Shown here: piece by piece, positions 26,919 through 38,445 of the stretch
How positions within the stretch are numbered: the first letter of the stretch is position 1
Layout of the letters: each line of letters begins with the position of its first letter
Source: Asterias rubens
Taxonomy: Eukaryota
Direction of reading: 5' to 3'
DNA: 64,000 nt
NCBI RefSeq assembly: GCF_902459465.1
Contig: NC_047062.1
Location: forward strand, 14,198,001 to 14,262,000
Program-made: the position numbers and the translations under genes
Notes under the pieces: model-generated
The model's database searches: none
Told to the model about the DNA's origin: nothing
Seen by the model: the letters and a program-made list of their open reading frames with translations, nothing else

Positions 26919-29900
26919 TTTTTTTTTTTTTTTGGGGGGGGATAAAACACATTTAGAACACCGTCATAATTTCTGTGATGTAAAGTAACTCAGAAGTTTC
27001 TTCATAAAGAAAGTGTTTCTTCATGAAGAATACCGATTGAATTTCTCAGAACAAAGCATTTATAAACACCCAAACTATAAGAGACGGCACTTTTAACTTC
27101 ATAGCTTACAGACATGGGATTCTCATTTTGCAGATTGGAGTCAGGTGACGACATCATCTCATTTGTCTCTATGCTGGGATCGGGGCTCTTTGTGTCCTCA
27201 GTATCTTGAATCTCAGATGTGAGAATCACACCTTGACCATTGTCATTGCTAAAGGTCGGAAATGCGTGGGAAGTTGTTGAAGCTGCGTTTTGGAGAGAGA
27301 AAGAGATGGATTGAATACAATGTGAAGTTTAGGAAAATAAAATAGAGGAATAAGACTCAACATTAGAGATGATATCAACAATTTAATCTGGGAAAAGATA
27401 TTATTGAATTATTTTTTAAAGATATAAAATTTGTTACACTTATAACAAGGTTTACTTGATGGTTGTTATACTCGTAGGCCTCAAAATAATCCACAGTGAC
27501 CTGCCGGCGATTTCACAAAACTCTTCCCAACTTAAGACTAATCTTAGGACTTAGGACGAGTCCCAACCCTGCACTGTAGCATGCAGACCTTAAGATTAAT
27601 CCTAAGTCAGGAAGAGTTACTCGTCCTAACTCGAGATAAGACGAGTCCTAACTCTTTGTGAAATCGACGGCTGTGCTCTCAAGTTCCAATACAAATTCAA
27701 AATGTCCCCTTATTTTGTAATTATTTGTGGTTTTTTTTGTAATTTGACCTTTAACAGGGGAAAATTGCTGTGCCTGTTCAAGAACGAAATTCAAGGCCTG
27801 TACCCAATACTTAATTTCTATAGATCGAGAATCAAATAAACCACAAGTGCTCAAAGTGTGAAGGAAAAAAAAAAAACAGAAGAAATTGAACACTAGTTAC
27901 CTGTGTGATCCTTCTTTTCCATTAGTATGATACTAGCGAGTCCAGCCTGGGTCGACAACTGGGCAAAATCCTCCGTGTTCTCCACCCACATGGGTTGTTC
28001 ATCATCGATACCCTCAGCTGCAGAGTCCAAGCTACCCCACTGAATCAGCTCCCCTATCATATCTCGACTTTCCTCCTCTCCCTCACAACTGCCTCGTTTA
28101 CTTGTGTCTGATGTTGATGAGGACCTGGAGCCATCCCTTTGGGAAACGGTGGCAGCAGGGGGATTGGCAACAACGGCAGAGGTTTCCGGTGAGGTGTCCA
28201 GGGTGTAGGTGTCAGATCGTCTGGTTGTTTGCTCAGAGGCCTTGATGACACCAGATGCTGGATCGATTGTAAAGGTATCTGAATCACGTTTGGATGGGCG
28301 GTCAACTTGGTGTGCAAGTGTGTCGGCGTCAGTCAGCAGCTGTCCAAGAGTGGACTGGAGTATCGTTTCCTGCTTTATACCATCCGCAGCGACACATGCT
28401 GGGGCCATGTTGTCCCCAGAGGAAGCCGGAATTTGATCCATGCAGCGAGTGATTTCCATGGCTGCCGTATCCTCAGATGTGAATATTCTTGTCTGATCTT
28501 GATGAACCTGATCCACAGGAAAAACCTGGCCTTCTTGAGAGATACTCTTCTCTAAGGTTTCAACACTTCTTTCCTCTGACAGCTTCGCTTTCTTTGAGGC
28601 ATTGCTATACGCCTCTCTGCCCATTTCTCTTTGATCTATAGAACTACTTGATTCTTCAACGCTGTGTGCACCAGTAGACAGCTCAACGGCTTTGTTGTGA
28701 ATCCCACCAACGCATTGAGTCATCTCCATCTTATTTGTGTCGTCATGAGTGGAGATACATGTTGTATCCGGGAGAGGGTGACCTTTCTGGCTGGACTCCT
28801 GACAAACATCTGCAGATTTCTGCTGTGTGAGGCAGCTGCCATTAATTCCCCCAATGCAAGTTGTCAGTTCCATTTTTCCTGTGTTGTCGCGGGTAAAGAG
28901 GCGCGTTTGATCCGGAAGACTGTCCGGGGCATCAGGTAAGGTTTCTTGTGAAGAAAAATTGCCGGACTGTGGTATTCCTTTTCCAAAAACTCCTCCTATG
29001 CACGTAGTCATGTCCATGGATGCAGTGTTTTCAGATGTAAAGATACGGGTCTGGTCCTGAGGAACAGCTTGCTCAGTAGACATTCCGGTCCAAACCATCG
29101 TAGGTAGGTGTAAGTGGCTGGGTTGTAACTCTCTACTCCCTGCTTCCAAGCTGTCAATCCCTGACGGCTGCGGGAGCAGGCCGCCGATGCAGCTCGTCAT
29201 CTCCATCTTACCGGTGTCTTCTGAAGTAAACACTCGTGTGTGCTCTTTGAGGTTTTCAGACTGTCCTCCTCTCTCAACAGAATGCAAATCAAGACCTCCA
29301 ATGCATTGGGTCATCTCCATGCCAGCTGCATGATCCACTGGGCTGAACACCCTGGTCTTGTCTTGCTGATGGTCAGTCTGAGACGGATCCGATGACATTA
29401 TTGGAAAAATCCCACCGATACAGGCTGTGATTTCCATTCTAGTAGTCTGATCCATGGGGGCTTTACGTGGGGATTTTTTGCTTGAAAGAGAAGCCAGCGC
29501 GGGCAGTGGTTGCAGTTGACTGAGGCAAGATGTCAGTTCCATCTGTGCTGTTTCTCCTTGAGAAAATATCTGTGTGCTCTCACCTTGCCCGCCTCGTGGA
29601 AGATTATCGTCAGTGCCAGCTGGGGTATAAGATACCTCACTAGCGACGCAAGTTGTCAACTCAATTCTGGCAGTGTTGTCTGCTGATGCGAATCTCCTTG
29701 TGCAATCATCTTGAACCTTATCAGACCCAAGCGTTAATCCATGGCCTTGACCTTCATCATTCAACTTTTGAGATGAGGTTGTCTTTCTAGCAATTACAGA
29801 TTGTTCTCCAAAATCGGTCACCTTTGAAGGATTTGTTTTAGGGAGCAACCCTCCAACACAGGCTGTGAAGTCCATACCAGCAGTGTCCTCTGGCTTAAAC

Positions 29901-32900
29901 ACTTTGGTCTTATCAACCTCAAATGGGTCATCCTCATCAAAAGGTGATCCAATAAATGGAATACCACAGAATGCTTCAGTCTTCTCATCAACTGGGCTTC
30001 TTGAGTTCCCCCGAGTTTTGTCGACTGCCCCTGAGAGAGAAGAAGGTGGTCTCTCATCCATACACTCTGTCATGTCCATCCCACAAGATGTATCGTTCGG
30101 ACTGAACAATCTTGTAACGTCTACCTCTAAAATTGAATGAGGGAAGTTGGGGGCTTTAGCATCTTGTTGTAGGTCCGACGAAGAATCTATGCTTGGAGGA
30201 TTTCCTTGTGATTTTTGAGTAAACGGTTTACCCTCTAGGCAAGTTGTCATTTCCATGGCAGCTGTGGTTTCATCACAATTGAAGATTCTGGTTTTCTCAA
30301 GGGTCTTATGAGAGTTGTTACCGGAGATACTGACTTGCGATTTCAGAGAGAAGGGCTGCCCCTCTAGGCAAGTTGTCATCTCCATGGCAGCTGTGCCTTC
30401 GTTGCTTTGGAAGATTCTGGTTTTCTCAAGATTCTTAGATAAATCTGCACTGGAGCCATTTTCAGATAATTGTAGTGGGAAGGGTTTACCTTCCAAGCAC
30501 ACTGTCATCTCCATGCCAGTGGCGGTTTCTGTATGATGAAAGATTCGGGTGTTGTCATTCTTATGCACGCTTAGTGGAAAGGGCTGGCCCTCCAAACAAG
30601 ACGTCACAGCACTATCTGCATCTTTGTAATTCAAGATGTTCTTTTGCCCATTTCCAGCTTTTGAGCTGTTATAAGAGTCGGCAATGACACCACACGTCGT
30701 CAGTTCCATCTCACCTCCACCCATCTGTCCGTCAAATATCCTGGTGATATCTTCAAGCGGCCTACCCACTCGACCACTAGGCTTCTGAACGGAGCAAGTA
30801 GGCTTCTTTTGCGAAGCATCCATACACTGAGTGAGCTCCATGTTGGCAGCAGGGTCTTCTCCAAATCTCATCGTTACATCTTGCTGATTAGACACATGAA
30901 GAACGCTACCGGCTTCTTTGATCACACCACTGATGCACGTAGTGAAGTCCATAGCACCTGTAGCCTCAGTCTGGCCAAAGACGCGTGTTTTCTGGCTGTC
31001 ATCGCTTGGAAATGTTGAATGCCCAGAAGAGTCCAAACTACCTCTTGATTCCGTTTGAATCAGAGACTTAAAGAAAGCACTAGGGTCCATTCTCCGACAT
31101 CCCTCTGTTTCCTTGTTGCTGACACAAGTTGTGAATTCCATTTCTGATGCCAAGGCATTCTGGTCAAAAATGGAGGTGTGTTCATCTAACCTTGATGTAG
31201 TGATTGTGGATTGGTTGGTCTCATTGAAGCGCTGATTCTCTTCAGTCCCAAACAAGGAGTTTAAGAAGCTCTTTGTATCCCGTTTCTTTGAGGGACTTTG
31301 TGAAGCCAATGTGTCGCCTGACCCCATGAAGGACTTTAGAAAAGAGGAGGTATCTTTCTTTGCAAAACCAGGTTCTTCTAGTTGCCTCCCTTCCCCCAAA
31401 TCTGCAAAAACTGGCAAGAAGTTATCCTGTTTCTTCGGGGGACTTTGTGAAGCCAGTGTGTCGCCTGAACCCATGAAAGATTTCAGAAAAGAGGAGGTGT
31501 CTTTCTTCGCAAAAACAGGTTCCTCTAGTTGCTTGCCTTCCCCTAAATCTGCAAAAACTGACAAGAACTGATCACGACCGCTGGTAGATTCAAAATACAA
31601 AGTGTCATGAAGATCAAAGATCTGGTCTTTGCTTTGGTCAGCCGACGAAGCACTCAAAGAGCCATGATGGGAGCTGCTCAAGGATTCATTTACCGGGAGC
31701 CTGCAGTGGTAAGCTGGTCCAATCAAGCCGGCAGTGTCAGGGTTAATTGTCAGCCCTGGCCAATTTTGTTGCGCATCTTTCAGATCTGATCTCTCGTTGG
31801 TGTTCGTCTCAGGCCCGTGTCTTTCCATGGATACCTCACAATCTTCGTCAATCGAAGGCAAGTGAGCTGTGCCATCACTTGGGTACATGGCCCCCACAGG
31901 AGGCTCTATGATGCTCCCTTCTGGACAGTGCAGCATCTTTGGGAAGGATTCCGTCGCGGACTGTTTCTTTATTGGACCAGATAGAAGAATGTCAAGACCT
32001 AAAAGAAAATAACAAAAATATTCTTAAATGGGTTTTATATAACGGGCGTGCTTAACGTCTGTATCTTATACGTATGACAAGTTATAGGTTTTAGGAAGCA
32101 TAATTTAATTCCCATTCTCTAGTTGAACAAATAATAATGAGAATAGAGTAACTAACCATATCACCGATATGTGACCAGACATTTTAGTCATCAATCCATT
32201 AGTTTGGTTTCAGTGTGCCCATCATTGGGCAACCACAAGTTTGGACAAAACTACAGCTTTATAACCTTTGTGCTCGGCGAAAGCGCTTTTTGTGTTTTAT
32301 CTTTACTGCCTTAAACCGCCATTGAGGTTCAATTAGGGTATAGTGCACAGTCGAATAAAAGTCGCCACTGGGGCTCAAGCAGGGTATAGTGCAGTCAAAG
32401 TAATTCACGACTTCGGCTCAAAGGGTTGTAGTGAACTTTTCACCTCTGATGCAATGCCCGGGTCCAACAGATGTATCAGGCTGGCGTGATTGAGAAACAT
32501 CAGATGATGACCTAATAGTAGAGAAAAGAAACAATGGTCATTGACAAAAACCGATTTAGAAATGTGTAGTTAGCCTCCTAGTTCAGTGAAAATACGATAG
32601 AAAAAAAAAATTGTAATGGCCTCAATGCGAGACTTTATTAGGGTGGAGTTGTCAATTATTTGCATTTTTGTAACAGCTTATTTCTTTTTTTGTATAATAG
32701 ATACAATGGAAAAAAACATTCTGAAAGTATAACCTTAAGTTTGCACAAGAAAGATTCTGTGCAGAAAAATTAAAATTTTGTATGAACAAATGAATCTACT
32801 TGTCCTAATCAGTGCTGGCATCTTGTTAAATAACCATGATAAAAACCTTAATTCAGTCAAGTGGGTGAAGCTGGTAGGCTTGGGCGGTTCCTTCGGTTAC

Positions 32901-35900
32901 CCGGTTCTACCCGGTTCCAAATTGAAAACCGGACCCGCGGTTCCACTCTTCAGTGGAACCGGGTACCCGCTTTTGTCGGTTCCGATTTTAAAAGACCGAG
33001 TCCCAGTTATAAAAGACTCTGTGGAGCCGATCCTGGGACGAACCGGCTCCAGTAATTGAGGCTTGATGTTGAAAGCGGTGACCGCAGATACACTGTGCAA
33101 AGGCTTCAAGCCGACATGAGTATCAACAATCACATGTGGCTGCATTACAACACACAGTGCACAGCCCCCTCTAATGCATAGGCATCTACAACCACCACCT
33201 GTATATCTCATGCATGCTGAGATATACAGAGTCCAAAGTCCAAACAGACAGCACATTGTGATTGGCTGCCGATATATCCATATTCATAAAAGCTTGTCCC
33301 ATGCACAAAACACACAGTACTGTATGCATAGTAGTGTATGCATGTACAGGCATGTACACTTGTATGTACAGAGACGTCACACTGCATGCACTGCGGACGT
33401 ACTGCACTGCGGACGTACTAAACTACGGACGTACTGCACTACGGACATACTGCACTACGGGCGTACTGTCGGCAAATAAAAGACTTGTTTAAATGCAGGG
33501 AGAATAGGTGCTTGGTGGCACTATGTCTGATTGACTTGGGGTGGGTATTCTGGTATTTTCGTTAAAAATAGATCGGCTCCAATTGTGTGTGTGTGAGCTC
33601 GGGACCGATGTCTGATTAACTTGGTTATTTTCAGTTAAAATAGATCGGCTCAATTGTGTGTGTGTGAGCTCGGGATGGGCGGCTTATGTTTTATATAGAG
33701 TGGAACCGGGTATGACTCAGAACCAAGCTTTTTTTCGGAACCGAGCCCCAAATTTCTGGAACCGCTCAAGCTTAGAAGCTGGGTGGTTTTTTCTTTTTTT
33801 TGCCCTGTTCAGAATACCACGGTTTCTGTCAACGATATACCACACAATCAAAACCCGCCCAAGCTTACTGCTGGCTAGCTACTTAAACAGTTTAAGAACA
33901 AACCCTAAAATAGGAGGAGCTAATGTGCTGTTTGCTGGTGCTGCTTGCTGGTCTATCTTCTCGGGAGAGAACGGCTGAGTGTCTTCTTGTTCAGCCTTTG
34001 TATCCTCCAAAATGTTCAGCTGCTGTGCAGTCAGAAATTCTCTGCGATTGGACAGAGCGAGAATGAGAGAAAACAAAATCTTCATTAGAATTCCATCGGG
34101 GTAGTTCAATGCACAAAGACACTGCACTTATAAAGCCAATAGATTGTTTCATGGCTGGATGTCATGAAACAATTATTAACAATTAATCATGAAGCTTTGT
34201 ATTCAACGGGCCAAAAAAATCAACCAAAACTTCAATGAAATAATGTAAAAAGTAAATGATTGTATGAGACCTTTGGGCGTGAAAAGCGCTATATAAAACC
34301 TAACTATTATTAATATTATAAGATATCAATACTTACTGGACTTGATACGTGTTGGCAAAGCTGACTCTTCTTGATGACAGGCGCTTCTTCTTCTTGGCAT
34401 GACTGCAAAGTGGAAACAAAAATACAATTTAGGGATAAAACTTGATATTTGTGAAGACTGCTGAAAATGACTCGCTGATCTGGGTTCCTGCTTCTTCTAG
34501 ACCCAGAACCTCAAAGATGTTACAATTCAAGGGATTTGCAGACTCTATGCACCGTCAGCAATACAAAAAACTTCACTGTGCTCCTTTGGTCATGGTTGTA
34601 CAAATTTAAGAAGAATTTATAAAATTAAGATAATCCTCCTGGATTCCACTGTTTGAGGTTTTCCCTCAACATCTACAACTGAACATTTCTCCTTGTTTCT
34701 TATTCATCCTGTTACTGGCATTAATTGTGCTGTTGCATGTGTAATAACTAAACGAATAAACAAATAAAACAGGGATTATATAGAAACCCCCAAACCGGAT
34801 TATTGGATCATATAAATCATGGAGATGACACTCCCTGAAGAAGTACATGTGGCATGTTACATTTCAAAGGTTTTGCCACAAACAGAAGTCTACCGGTTTG
34901 ATCATTAAAAAAAAACCAAGTCCTTCGTCTCTGTGATAGCGAGTTTCAAAAGAAACTGCAGGCCCCCCAAAAACAGACACAAATATTCGACCTGTGCATT
35001 ATAGTTTTTGAGAAGAAAGAAAAACAGCAATATAATAAAACTTTCCAAGATTAAGACCATACATGTTTTAAACTACCGTACCTGGTTGTATCTCGCTCTT
35101 CCCCAGTATTGAGATCCAAGTCATGAAGAGCATTTCTTGATGGAGACTTCAAAATCTGCACAAAACCAAACAAAACATTATTACTTTAAAATGTTGGTGT
35201 TGAGGAAAGCCATTTATAAAGGTCATCGAAACAGTAAAATTATTAAACTCATTTATAAGGTTCTTCAGTGTTATCAAACAGTAATTGAGAAAAAAAATAA
35301 CAAGCAAGTTATCAAATACATTTCAAGATAAATATAAAGTCGGTTGGATTAGTTATAAAACAAAGCATTGTTAAAAATTTGATTGTAAAACATTGTTAAC
35401 TTAAACCAAATAAACAATCTATATGTTTTTCATCTGAATATGAAACTTAGAAAGACTTCTTATAATGTCAAGCATTTCCATACATACATTTTGTAAACAA
35501 ATTACAGTGTTCACTATGTAAGTGAATTAGAAGAAAAAACCCTAACACTAGAGACTGCATTTTATGAAGTATCAATATTTTAACAACTACTTACAGAGGA
35601 TCGCCTCTTTCTTGGTTTGGCCTTGGATCCAACTGGACTGTTAACAGGAAAGAAGGGAACAACAAATTGTTTCTTTTGTTATTAAAGCTGGGTTAGTATG
35701 CTTGACCCATTGATGGCATGGTTGATGCGGTTGCCAGGCCTGATAAATGGTTCTTATAATAAAGCAGTCGTGATGTAAAGCCATATTTTCCTTTGTGAAA
35801 AGGTTTCATCATCATTCGGCATAGACTTGCGTCCGTGGCCACTTCAACCTTAGATTGTAACGGGGGAGTATTCCTGGAGTCGCCACCATCACCTGTTCTC

Positions 35901-36031
35901 TTTCAATCTCCGCTATTTTGACCTCTGTCACTTTGTAAAAGTTTCCTCGTTGATAAATCAATTTGAGGCATAAAAAATAGACTGACTTACACAGGGTTCT
36001 CCATGTCCGATGCAAACCGGATTCCACTCAT
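17374..36031 (-). CDS. KNL1: Kinetochore scaffold 1 (KNL1/CASC5/Spc105), 2039 aa, 21 coding exons
   Basis: Exons (-): 36031-35991, 35637-35595, 35155-35082, 34402-34337, 34041-33904, 32511-32444, 31998-27901, 27282-27110, 26565-26464, 26018-25909, 25369-25279, 24862-24746, 24235-24148, 23610-23457, 21689-21546, 20639-20539, 20098-20039, 19347-19244, 18606-18506, 18316-18191, 17494-17374. Total 6120 nt with consistent phases. Contains RRSSILK and RRVSF PP1-docking motifs, GLDILLSGPIK, KI-like motifs, 18 MELT-type repeats, a coiled coil and a C-terminal RWD-like region (WRL..EEELVFTFLEESL; KFWVTF....YPF). Confidence 0.95.
17610..17977. mobile_element. Kolobok-like MITE (TTAA TSD)
   Basis: ttaa|agggaaggtacacgtttggta ... 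taccaaacgtgtaccttccct|ttaa. Body is homologous to 15978-16333 in reverse orientation. Confidence 0.85.
21256..21465. mobile_element. MITE with agaccgtattgaata TIR (related copy 38097-38330)
   Basis: TIRs agaccgtattgaata / tattcaatacggtct and a shared internal ccatgttgtagggcag. Confidence 0.65.
21744..22095 (+). mobile_element. tRNA-derived SINE with Meta-type central domain and (TTA)n tail
   Basis: A box tggccgagtgg, B box ggttcgaatccc, central cacccaggagtataaatgagtacc and a 3' tail aagcgc...gcgctatataa...ttattattatt. Confidence 0.8.
22360..22615 (-). mobile_element. Deu-type SINE fragment
   Basis: Reverse complement of the body at 36850-36990 (gcgaaccccttctcttttcgataagtgc..ttcttttac). Confidence 0.6.
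22926..23417. mobile_element. Kolobok-like MITE containing a nested second Kolobok-like MITE (22959-23315)
   Basis: Outer: ttaa|aggcaaagtatac ... gtataccttccct|ttaa. Inner: ttaa|aggcagtggacactattggtaatt ... aattaccaatagtgtccagggtct|ttaa. Confidence 0.75.
25404..25613 (+). mobile_element. tRNA-containing composite repeat flanked by 14-bp direct repeats
   Basis: Same A box, B box and tail as the 9581 copy. atatagatgtactc occurs at 25390-25403 and 25614-25627. Confidence 0.7.
26878..26941. repeat. (TTA)n microsatellite followed by poly-T and poly-G
   Basis: Directly visible. Probably a retroelement tail. Confidence 0.9.
27901..31998 (-). CDS. KNL1: KNL1 giant internal exon (4098 nt) encoding the KI-like and MELT repeat region
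   Basis: Corresponds to the 1347-aa ORF in the track. Acceptor ttttcttttag at 31999-32000, donor gtaact at 27900; phase 1 to 1. Confidence 0.95.
32875..33867. mobile_element. hAT(Ac)-like non-autonomous DNA transposon in a KNL1 intron
   Basis: TIR taggcttgggcgg / ccgcccaagctta, dense subterminal aaccgg/cggttc repeats at both ends, and an internal 16-bp tandem repeat. TSD degenerate (shared gctgg). Confidence 0.65.
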
Positions 36032-36709
36032 TTTAAAGTCGTCAATTCAGAACAGCAAACCCTGAATTTGGGGTAAAAAACTCAGGATTACACTTTTGGC
36101 AATGGAATATTATAAGTATTAAAATTGATCTACAAATTTATACTGGCAATCTTACAGTAAGACTTGAGAGTGAGAGCCTTACTTATTTTCCAACTTAAAA
36201 ACAGGGTTGATATCAGACTGGATGAGGTGTTTCTTTATTCATAAAGTAGGTAGGTATCTGATCAAATAAAATTGCTCCATTGAGCTGTTTTCAACTCATG
36301 CCTTTCATTGTCATTCATTCCGGTGAAACCTCAAAACAATAATTAACAAGCTACTTGTGTTTTTGTCCCCTTGTCGTGAAATGAAGAGGGGCAAGAGACC
36401 AACATTAAATAATAGTGAATTCCCTTTGTCTGCCCAGGGGAAGAAGAGACAAAACTCACAAAAGTCTAAACAATCAAATAAATACAAATCAAATAAAGAT
36501 GGAAATCGGTGTAACCAGTCATGTCATGTATAGTATTTGTATTTGTAATAGTAATGCGTAGCCGTAGAAGTGCACAATCCTATTTTAGCGTTTGGCTATT
36601 TGAAATGAAAATACACACAAAGAAAATACTATTAGTATTATAGTCTAATTATGGTCATGATGGTTATTTTCCCATCTTTTTTTAGAGGATGACACTAATT
36701 TTTGTTGCT

Positions 36710-37136
36710 GGGAGTGTCGTGGCCGAGCGGTTAAGAGCACCGAATTCAAACTCTGGTGTTTCTGATCAGCAGAGTGTGGGTTCGAATCCCCAGCCGTGAC
36801 ACTTGTGTCCTTAAGCAAGACACATAACCATTGCTTCGTCCTTCGGATGGGACGTAAAGCCGTTGGTCCCATGTGTTGTGTAAACGCATGTAAAAGAACC
36901 CAGTGCACTTATCGAAAAGAGAAGGGGTTCGCCCCGGTGTTCCTGGCTGGATTGGCAGCATATTGCGCCACAGCACCTTGTAAACCATTACATGGTGCTT
37001 AATGATTAGGTCTTATATATCTCAAAATTCGCCCCACTCCTTGCACTTGCAGTAATAATAGTAATACCTGGCGCTTTGTATCCTTTGGCAAAAGGCGCGT
37101 AATAAATACGGTTATTATTATTATTATTATTATTAT
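36710..37136 (+). mobile_element. tRNA-derived DeuSINE-type element with (TTA)n tail
   Basis: A box tggccgagcgg, B box ggttcgaatccc, central gtaaaagaacccagtgcacttatcgaaaagagaaggggttcgccccggtgttcctggc resembling the Deu domain, tail ttattattatt. Confidence 0.8.
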
Positions 37137-37606
37137 AAATTAAAATATTAAAACCAAACAAAATGATTTTTTTTATTTTTTTTTATTTACTCTCTTTTAT
37201 TTATTAAACAAATTAGCCTATGCTATGGACTCTATTTTTTGGAAGGATATGTTTGTTACTTAGTAACTATCAGTATCACCTTTCTTTTTCTAATTCATGG
37301 CTCCCGGAATTTTTTTCTTTGGGGAAATAAAGTCCGAAATTGCTGGGATACCGTCTTTGACATGACCGTCACGCGTCACGTCACAAAAAAAAATGTCAGT
37401 TCCAAGTTCAGTTAACGGACGTACGGGACGGACGGCGTAGTAGTACTAGTAGCGTACGGACGGGAAAATTTGCATACACGGTACTAACACAGTAAGACAA
37501 ATAAATAAAGGGGAAAAGGGGCTATATTATATTATTTATGAGGTTTGGTAAATAAATAAGAAATACATTATACTTCTTCAGCATTTATTCATTTTTAAAA
37601 GCTTAC

Positions 37607-37934
37607 CGAGTGCTGTTACTTTGACATTATTTTCGGAGGTTTGTTTGCAAAAGATGTAACCGTTGATTTTGAATGCACCGCTTTTAGAGAAATTTAAAAT
37701 AGTCGGAGCTCTTCAACAACTATTGATAGATAACTAAGCGAGGCGTCTAGAGACAACTCAAGGGCTCGCCAGTTCGACGGTTACGACGAAAGAGGGCGCC
37801 CTTGACTGTTACCGTCTGTCAATAAACAAACAAGGTCGTCAGAAGCAGAAGGTGGGCAAGCCTGTCAATCATCGAGTTAAAGACCAAGAAGATATTTGTA
37901 ACTGGTAGAGAAGTTACTTCTGTTATATCAATAG
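37607..37934. promoter_or_regulatory. Putative bidirectional promoter and non-coding first exons of KNL1 (-) and DCAF4 (+)
   Basis: Minus-strand donor gtaagc at 37606 and plus-strand donor gtaagt at 37935 flank a CpG-enriched stretch containing TTTGAA (CHR-like, 37668-37673) and agagggcgcc. Confidence 0.55.
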
Positions 37935-38445
37935 GTAAGTAGACTGCAGTGGAGGATATTCATGATGATGGAGTTGAATGAATGAAAGTGTCAGTGTCAA
38001 CTTGTTGTGCTTCCCTTTATTAATTTAATTTTTATTTGCTTGTTTGTGTAAATTTTGCTTTGTGTTTTGTTTAGTCAAAATGATTTTTTCTATTTAAGGC
38101 CGTATCGAATAACCCCTTTTTTATATGAAAGTGGCCATTTTGTAGGTAGGGCAGGCCTTATGCACGTCTAAACACGTTCATCATCAATGTCCAACAACCT
38201 CCATGGTCCAATGTCAATGAACCTGCAGCACGTAGCGTTCCCAGTTTGATTTCTATGGCATGTGCTTTTACTACGACCCAATGTTGTAGGGCAGTTTATT
38301 TGAATGGCGATGCCATATTCGATACGGTCTATTGGAGAAAATGTTTAATATAATGATCAATTGCTTTTTGGGGCAGGTTTTATTTGAATGTGATCACTGT
38401 GAGCAAAGATGATGATGAGTGCCTTCAACAAGTAAACTTGCGATC

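Noticed and set aside
28057-31789. Overlapping and antisense ORFs inside the KNL1 giant exon
   Set aside because: Expected shadow ORFs of a long repetitive coding exon, with no independent signals.
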